The notes under the pieces were generated by a model. The model was not told the origin of the DNA and did no database searches. It saw nothing but the letters and a program-made list of their open reading frames with translations. From IMG/VR virus record IMGVR_UViG_3300045973_000169, positions 142,639 through 206,638 of that record: a stretch of 64,000 bases of DNA. One strand, given 5' to 3'. This document shows positions 58,176 to 64,000 of the stretch, in pieces (the first letter of the stretch is position 1; every line of letters begins with the position of its first letter). Made by a program: the position numbers and the translations under genes.

Positions 58176-59372
58176 TTATACCATTTTGTCGCTAACGGTA
58201 AGATCTTCTGACCACTTAACATCAGCAGCCTGTGCATTAACGTTTGTAACACCGAATTCAGCGAAACGGTTAGGTACAACTTTAACATTTTTCACGACAC
58301 CAACTCCACGACCCTCGTTCAGGATTGCAATACCATACTTCTCACGAAGCTTGATATTCTGGATATCACGCTCTGGATCACTCCATTGATGCTGATTAAT
58401 TTCTTCAGCTTGAACGATAGCTCCTGCATTACCTGAGTCTACAAAGTAGATAGAGGTTAATTTATTGACCGGATCAAACGGAACCTGTGGGGAAACCATC
58501 ACGCGGAATGGAATCTGTGCCCAAGCAGGAAGAACCGGAGTACCTTTAAAGTCGACAGGTGAAGTTTCACCAGGACGTGCACCTTTTCCAGCCATACCTT
58601 GACCTTCGAAGAAGGAATCACGGGAAACACCTTGAACGTCATATCCACCAATAAGTGGTCCGCCGCCATGTCTCCATGCGAATACTTTTAAGAACGGGTC
58701 TTTTGCCCAGATTGCCCAAGACAGAGGATGCATAACAATCGTGTCAGGAGCATAACCTTCTACAAGCATCGAAGCATAGATATCGAAGAAGTCTTCTGAT
58801 CCAAAGCTGTAGTTAAGTGCCCCAGTACCATCTTTACCAGACAGAGGACGTCCAATAACCGAAGCTGCTGGATTCTTGTTGTCTGCTAAAGTCAGACCCT
58901 GTTTTTCGAATAAACGGAAACAGATGTGATTTTTTCTACGAGCAAAAGCTTTACCAGCAGCTTTCAGCCATAGTGCGATAACGTCATACTGAGACTGATC
59001 AATCATTTCTTCAGTAAGGGAGAGTTTGATACCGTATTTACGGATGTCAACACGGATAACAGATCCTCCACCCATTGTGATTTCTTCAGTTCCGTATTCA
59101 GCACCAGGAGCGATCTCATCGATCATTTCCATTGCGCCTTCAGCAGGAAGAGTAATATAAATACCCTCTTTCTGAGAAATTTTTGTAAATAGTTGGTTTG
59201 CGATCAGAAGAGGTTCAGAAGCTTGACGAACGACCTCACTAATTGCGATTGGCAGATACTTAGAAAGATCACCATGATTTAAGATGTCTCTAAGTTTTAG
59301 ACTTTCTTTATTAGCATCAGTAAGCTTTAGCTCCTGACCAATTGCTAATAGTTGTTTTTCTAATTCACTCAT
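58176..59372 (-). CDS. Major capsid protein (HK97 fold, 398 aa)
   Basis: 'ISEVVRQASEP', 'EIAPGAEY', 'IRKYGIKLSLTEEMIDQSQYDVI...AAGKAFAR', 'IKLREKYGIAILN'; strong GGAGG RBS, terminator downstream. Confidence 0.9.
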   Translation of the reverse strand: MSELEKQLLAIGQELKLTDANKESLKLRDILNHGDLSKYLPIAISEVVRQASEPLLIANQLFTKISQKEGIYITLPAEGAMEMIDEIAPGAEYGTEEITMGGGSVIRVDIRKYGIKLSLTEEMIDQSQYDVIALWLKAAGKAFARRKNHICFRLFEKQGLTLADNKNPAASVIGRPLSGKDGTGALNYSFGSEDFFDIYASMLVEGYAPDTIVMHPLSWAIWAKDPFLKVFAWRHGGGPLIGGYDVQGVSRDSFFEGQGMAGKGARPGETSPVDFKGTPVLPAWAQIPFRVMVSPQVPFDPVNKLTSIYFVDSGNAGAIVQAEEINQHQWSDPERDIQNIKLREKYGIAILNEGRGVGVVKNVKVVPNRFAEFGVTNVNAQAADVKWSEDLTVSDKMV

Positions 59373-59409
59373 TGTTAATATTCCTCCATGCCTAATAGCA
59401 TTTTAATTT

Positions 59410-60594
59410 TTAGAATGATGGTACGTTGAAGTTAACTGCGATTCTAGCAATATACTTTGGAGCATTAGCGATTGATAGGATAGCGTTACGTCCATCAGTT
59501 GCAGAACCTGGAGCTTCCTGCCATAGGCCGAAGTCACGGAAATAAGTTCTTACTAGGGCTAGATCTTTAGAAGAACCTTCTTTAAGGTCTAGGATACGTC
59601 CAATTTTGTGTGTTGACACACCAGATGCACCAGTCAAACCAAAGTTTGATTCAGTATCAAATCCAACTTGTTTCATGATAAAGTCTTTCAGACCTTTAGC
59701 ACTGTTAGTACCAAGAGCATTGTTGATAGAAATATCAGCTCCGTTATCTGATTTTAAGCAGGTAAATGGAAGGTTGATAGTAGGGGTATAAGTAACAGTC
59801 CAAGTAGCAGTATCAAGTGGCGCATTGAAGAAAATAGTACGACCAACAACTGAGTACTGAGTAGGCTCTGCTCCAGAAGCTGGTAAGCTAAACAGGTTAG
59901 CTGAAGCTAATGCAGTAAGAGATTTAGTTGTTACACCTTTTTTGAATACATAAGTTCCACCGTAAAGACCAACACGGTAAGAAGTTACTGCTTGTGGAAT
60001 TGCTTCTGCACGAGGATTGATTTCTACGACAGGAACCTGAACGTATGCCCAACGTGTGAATGCTCTTGCTCCACCTGTGTCATATGCATGACGGTAGAAT
60101 GTTGACGGGTCGCTAGGATCAGTACCTGGAGCCATCAGTGCTGAATAACGGATCAGACCGACTGGATCAGCAGGGAAATCAATACCAGCAGCAATTGCTT
60201 TAGTTACAACTTTGTCTCCAGCAACAGCACGGGTACCATCAGCAGTTACAACACCAGCACCTTCATCGTTAGCTGTGTAAACATTCTTACGTGAGCCATC
60301 AGCAACAGCTTTATCAAGAATATATCCAGCAGGAACTAGACGTTTAGTGGTGTCAAGTGTAACTACCTTACCTGGCATAAGAACGAACCAAGATCCGACA
60401 GTGTTAGAAATTCTGTTCTCAGAAATCTGTACATTTAGATAGCCAGCAGGGAAGTAATCACCAGGTGGGTTATTACCTTCTCCGACTTCTATGTTGTACA
60501 TAGGAGTTCCTTGAATGTTTTGTGGTGCGGCAATATGATTACCAAAGTAGTTTACGCCTTGGGTAGAGCCACTTACGTTAAAATCTGTAGCCAT
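59410..60594 (-). CDS. Putative capsid decoration/cement protein (394 aa)
   Basis: Lies between scaffold and capsid genes, has a GGAGG RBS, a codon style like the capsid gene (many C-ending codons), and the 'PGKVVTLD...LVPAG' motif. Confidence 0.6.
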   Translation of the reverse strand: MATDFNVSGSTQGVNYFGNHIAAPQNIQGTPMYNIEVGEGNNPPGDYFPAGYLNVQISENRISNTVGSWFVLMPGKVVTLDTTKRLVPAGYILDKAVADGSRKNVYTANDEGAGVVTADGTRAVAGDKVVTKAIAAGIDFPADPVGLIRYSALMAPGTDPSDPSTFYRHAYDTGGARAFTRWAYVQVPVVEINPRAEAIPQAVTSYRVGLYGGTYVFKKGVTTKSLTALASANLFSLPASGAEPTQYSVVGRTIFFNAPLDTATWTVTYTPTINLPFTCLKSDNGADISINNALGTNSAKGLKDFIMKQVGFDTESNFGLTGASGVSTHKIGRILDLKEGSSKDLALVRTYFRDFGLWQEAPGSATDGRNAILSIANAPKYIARIAVNFNVPSF

Positions 60595-60627
60595 TGTTTA
60601 TTTCCTCCGAAATTTGTGTCTCTTAAA

Positions 60628-62523
60628 TTATACTCTAGAAAATGCTCTTCGTAGAGCTGAAACTATTTCTGCATCAGAGAGTGCTTTTTCTTCTTTTTGT
60701 TCGTCAACAATCTTAATATCGGAACTTGCAGAAGTGTCACTATCGTCTAATGCATCCTGTAGTGTGGGGTCGTTTACGGATTTAATATCCTCTTTAGTGT
60801 TATTAACGTCCTGTACTTTAAACTTAGCTTTTAGCTGTCTAAAGTCACTAACTTGTCCTACTAATACATTGTATGGATGAGAAAGTAATTTAGCTCTTTC
60901 TTCTTCTACACTATCAGTAAGTAATCCTAAAGTTTGTTTTAAATCAATGATTTCATCTACTTTAGATTGTCTAATCTGAACATTAAGATCACGATTAAGC
61001 TCATCAAGTAGAGTTACTTCTTCTTTTGCTTCTTGTAATTCATCTTGTAGTGAAACAAGATTATCTAATCCAGATAGTTGCTCTGTAGTAGCTACGCCTT
61101 GTCCTTTACCACTTAAGTAAGAACCGATACTTGCATCTAATGCTTCACCAACGAATTTAGAATCTAGTCCAATAACCATATCAAAGATACGAGTAACAGG
61201 AGATTTACCTTCATCATCAGTTAGTTTAGTAGGGTCAAGAGATTCTACCATAGTTTTTAATTCAGTGATAACTTCATCAATACTTCTTACAGTTTGATCA
61301 GTACCTTCTGCATCAGCAATCTTTACTTCTTCTTTTACTTCCTTCTCAAAGTTAGCTTCAATTCCGAGTTTCTTAGCAGCTTTACCAATTGATGATTGAG
61401 CTTTAATAACTTCAGCAGGAGTAAGATCTTCTGCACAGTCTAATAGTTCAATAGCAAGTTTTACATTAAGTTCATCATGTAAAGGAAATCTACGTTTAAT
61501 CTCATCTTCTGTCTTCTGAACAATAGCAAACTGGGAATCCTTCATGTCATCTTCAAGAGTTAACTTACCTTGATCTTCTTCAGTAAGCTCTGCATCTTGA
61601 ATCTTAATTTCCTTTAGTTTGTCTCCAAATTCATTGACATAAGATAAAGAAGTTACTTTCTTGTCTTCTGCCTTACGTGCCATTATAGCCTCCCTGTTAA
61701 CTATCTTACAAATGTTATCGCAACACACGATTGTTTTAGTTTCATCTGCAAGTTTAAAAAAGTCTCTCTTATTGATAAAATCCATTTCAATTAAGAGGTT
61801 TTCTACTTCATACTCAATTTCTTCAACTATACCATCATGTATCTTAGTAATCTTACCATGTGGATCAGCAGCTTTCTTATTTCTTAGGAATGATAGTTCT
61901 TCATACTCTAAGTCTTCAGCTAGCATGAAACCACCAGCTCTATGATGAAAGTGGTCACATATACCATCAGCTACTTGGTCTTGTAAACAATGGGAACAAA
62001 TAAGTCTCTTAGGATCTGCACCAATAGAAACAGTTGCAAACTCTTTAGCTAGTACTCGTCTAATACCTTCTTCATCATTAAGCATACCTACAGTTTCAAC
62101 ATATCCAAGACCATTGAACTTACTATCTTTCCTTTGGTGCGGGATAAGAAGATCATTACACATAGAGATATACTCTTCTGTAGTTAAGTCTTCTAGTTTG
62201 TTAAATGCAGAAAATTTATTATAATAATCTGTTAGTTTATAATCGACAGCTATAATACTACCAAATCTCTTAGATACTTTAGGTCTATGATTTTCAATAA
62301 TAGGTTTAGGAGCTGGATGAATAAATGTACCGATATTATCTTTTACTGTATCATGACGATAAACTACAACATTACCATTAAGCATACCAAAATGAGAAGC
62401 ATCAATAGTAACAAGAAGTTCTTCTTTCTTTCTTACTCCATCTTCTAATCTAATAAGAGCTTGTTCTGATAAATTAAAATTATGTACTTCTCGTATTTTT
62501 AATACACTATTATGAAATATCAT
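60628..62523 (-). CDS. Prohead protease fused to acidic coiled-coil scaffold (631 aa)
   Basis: 'KPIIENH79' and 'TVS166IG' fit the His/Ser of herpes/HK97-type head proteases. Adjacent 'CSHC...CDH' cluster; acidic helical C-terminus. Confidence 0.8.
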   Translation of the reverse strand: MIFHNSVLKIREVHNFNLSEQALIRLEDGVRKKEELLVTIDASHFGMLNGNVVVYRHDTVKDNIGTFIHPAPKPIIENHRPKVSKRFGSIIAVDYKLTDYYNKFSAFNKLEDLTTEEYISMCNDLLIPHQRKDSKFNGLGYVETVGMLNDEEGIRRVLAKEFATVSIGADPKRLICSHCLQDQVADGICDHFHHRAGGFMLAEDLEYEELSFLRNKKAADPHGKITKIHDGIVEEIEYEVENLLIEMDFINKRDFFKLADETKTIVCCDNICKIVNREAIMARKAEDKKVTSLSYVNEFGDKLKEIKIQDAELTEEDQGKLTLEDDMKDSQFAIVQKTEDEIKRRFPLHDELNVKLAIELLDCAEDLTPAEVIKAQSSIGKAAKKLGIEANFEKEVKEEVKIADAEGTDQTVRSIDEVITELKTMVESLDPTKLTDDEGKSPVTRIFDMVIGLDSKFVGEALDASIGSYLSGKGQGVATTEQLSGLDNLVSLQDELQEAKEEVTLLDELNRDLNVQIRQSKVDEIIDLKQTLGLLTDSVEEERAKLLSHPYNVLVGQVSDFRQLKAKFKVQDVNNTKEDIKSVNDPTLQDALDDSDTSASSDIKIVDEQKEEKALSDAEIVSALRRAFSRV

Positions 62524-62801
62524 AGTTTTACCTTTTGTAAGTTATCCTTTTTGAAGATAACATTAGTGCCATTAGCCAATTGGATTGTTGCATTATTCTT
62601 GTCGTCAATAGATAAAAGTTTGCCTTTCATTCCATTAAGACCACGAACATAAAAGTTTATAACACTAAGCTCTTCGCCTATATCAAAGATAACCTCATCA
62701 ATAAGCTCTTCGATAGCATCCATAGTTTCAGATACTTCTTCAGCAATAGTATCAATAACTTCAACTGCTTCTTCTATAATTTTAGCTTTTTTCTTAGCCA
62801 T
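62520..62801 (-). CDS. Small hypothetical protein: acidic N-terminus plus SH3/KOW-like C-terminus (93 aa)
   Basis: 'GMKGKLLSIDDKNNATIQLANGTNVIFKKDNLQKV'; ATGA and TAATG overlaps with both neighbours. Confidence 0.65.
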   Translation of the reverse strand: MAKKKAKIIEEAVEVIDTIAEEVSETMDAIEELIDEVIFDIGEELSVINFYVRGLNGMKGKLLSIDDKNNATIQLANGTNVIFKKDNLQKVKL

Positions 62802-64000
62802 TATTTATCATCCTCTATTTTAGTGTTATTAACGCATTTTAGTGTAAGGTTACTATTAGGATGGAAAGGAGGAATAACTTCAAGTATATTCTCTCTTGTT
62901 ACACTTATTTCTTTCCCTAATAATTCTGTCCCTTCACTAGATAGGCTATCTGCCATTGTGCAAATAACAAACTTATTAATGTTATTTTCTAAACACGCTA
63001 GGCTATACCCATAATTATAAGCTCTAGACTGTTCTGTCTTATTTGTTATAGCTAATCTATTAGCTCCTTTATTTACATAAGAGCTATCTTTGCTTAACTT
63101 CTCTGATACATCGTCTCTTAGTTTGTCTAGTGGACTGAATATATCATGTTGGATTTTTATATTAGAATAGTCTAAACCAAGATCAGTATAAGCATCTTCT
63201 ATCCCTTGGTATAGTTTATCTTTCATATTACTCTTGATCTCATCATAAGCAGACTTAGTAGCGAACATTATCCCAAGTTTATTAACCGACTTATTCTCAT
63301 CCTTAAGCCCATTGATTGCGAAAGTAAATCTATCTTTAATCCCTTGAGCTTGTTGAGCATCTGTTAATTCAAGTGAGTCTTGAGCTTTCTTTTTAACTAT
63401 ATTGGAATTAGTACCAGCACTCTTTATAGAGTCTCTCTTAGCAGCAGATCCAGTAGACTTAGCATGTCCAGGGACAATAGGCTTAGTATGTGTTTTCTTA
63501 GCTGGGGCTCCAGGTTGACTAGTCTTTGTAACGGTTTCTACTGTTGTAGCATGAGCAACCTTACCTTCTTGTTGAGCATACTTATCTCCATATTCAGTAT
63601 CAAGTAATGTCTTATGTGGAGGTGTAGCCCCAAATAGAGCTGGGTGAGTATACATTAAATCTTCATCAGATAGAGTCTTATCTCCACGCTTATTACGAAC
63701 TTCATGTATTGTCTTAGTTCCTTTAGAGAATAGATCTGCCTCATGGTTCTCTTGTCTAATCTTCCATTCGATATCAATCTCTTGGAATAATAACTTAGCC
63801 CTATTTTCTGGAGCAAAGTCAGCACTGAATGGTGATTGTAAGAATAGTTCAGTTAGAACTTGTTCTTCGAATTGTCTTGATAATTCTTGTTGTAGGAATT
63901 TAACTGTATCCATTAAAGCTTTAGAAGCTTCTTGAGCCTGAGCTTCTCCACCACCTGAATCAGCTACAGCCATATCAGCAGGAGATACACCTAACCCAAC
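62801..64000 (-). CDS. Portal protein C-terminal part (5'-truncated) fused to a Mu-F/SPP1 gp7-like domain
   Basis: The frame is open to the window edge (VGLGVSPAD precedes the track Met). Portal-like 'LGVSP', 'LFSKGTKTIHEVRNKRG'; then 'KTEQSRAYNYG' and 'PPFHPN'. Confidence 0.75.
   Translation of the reverse strand, partial: VGLGVSPADMAVADSGGGEAQAQEASKALMDTVKFLQQELSRQFEEQVLTELFLQSPFSADFAPENRAKLLFQEIDIEWKIRQENHEADLFSKGTKTIHEVRNKRGDKTLSDEDLMYTHPALFGATPPHKTLLDTEYGDKYAQQEGKVAHATTVETVTKTSQPGAPAKKTHTKPIVPGHAKSTGSAAKRDSIKSAGTNSNIVKKKAQDSLELTDAQQAQGIKDRFTFAINGLKDENKSVNKLGIMFATKSAYDEIKSNMKDKLYQGIEDAYTDLGLDYSNIKIQHDIFSPLDKLRDDVSEKLSKDSSYVNKGANRLAITNKTEQSRAYNYGYSLACLENNINKFVICTMADSLSSEGTELLGKEISVTRENILEVIPPFHPNSNLTLKCVNNTKIEDDK

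Noticed and set aside
58064-58288. Minus-strand 62-aa ORF (58100-58288) and the track's upstream start at 58096
   Set aside because: The small ORF overlaps the capsid end and spans the terminator. The ATG at 58063 has a GGAGG RBS whereas the ATG at 58096 has none.
1278-63607. All plus-strand ORFs in the track (60-135 aa)
   Set aside because: Each lies antisense to a long minus-strand gene, and none shows a recognisable protein motif; they are best explained as shadow frames.
1-64000. Stop-codon reassignment, as seen in some large phages
   Set aside because: Genes are long and densely packed under the standard code. TAG ends genes at 8159, 15368, 15782 and 43651, and TGA ends genes in ATGA overlaps at 4335 and 62520.
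1-64000. tRNA, rRNA, other structured ncRNA genes or inteins
   Set aside because: There is no intergenic space or recognisable motif for RNA genes, and no intein-like C...HN junctions were noticed in the capsid, protease, sheath or polymerase-like proteins. This was a by-eye check only.

Overview
This AT-rich window (roughly one-third GC by eye) is a continuous, almost gap-free virion morphogenesis region of a very large contractile-tailed phage. All credible genes lie on the minus strand and use the standard code (TAA, TAG and TGA all serve as stops). In transcription order (64000 to 1) it holds: portal (5'-truncated, fused to a Mu-F/gp7-like domain), prohead protease-scaffold, putative decoration protein, major capsid protein, a ~12.5 kb accessory cassette (repeat proteins, four small related proteins, a subtilisin-family protease), neck genes, sheath, tube plus two tube paralogues, two chaperone paralogues split by a free-standing homing endonuclease, three giant proteins (1948, 1659 and 2533 aa), spike/baseplate genes, a YadA-repeat fibre, large hypothetical proteins and a solo Cas4-like nuclease. 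From memory, the capsid and tube motifs resemble Bacillus phage G-like jumbo phages; this is unverified. The standout is the giant-protein trio. The 1659-aa protein carries ordered motifs of a single-chain two-barrel RNA polymerase (K..H..R, KEGYLR, R-x-P, NADNDGD). It is flanked by a tape-measure-like protein with an intact DEDDh exonuclease and a hub/lysin protein with an intact-looking thermonuclease domain. Also notable are a recurrent oriented GTTAWTAACA promoter-like motif, a Shine-Dalgarno-sequestering hairpin before the homing endonuclease, a K-[IL]-x-D candidate maturation site and a domain split across two genes. All calls come from motif reading by eye; no database searches were run.
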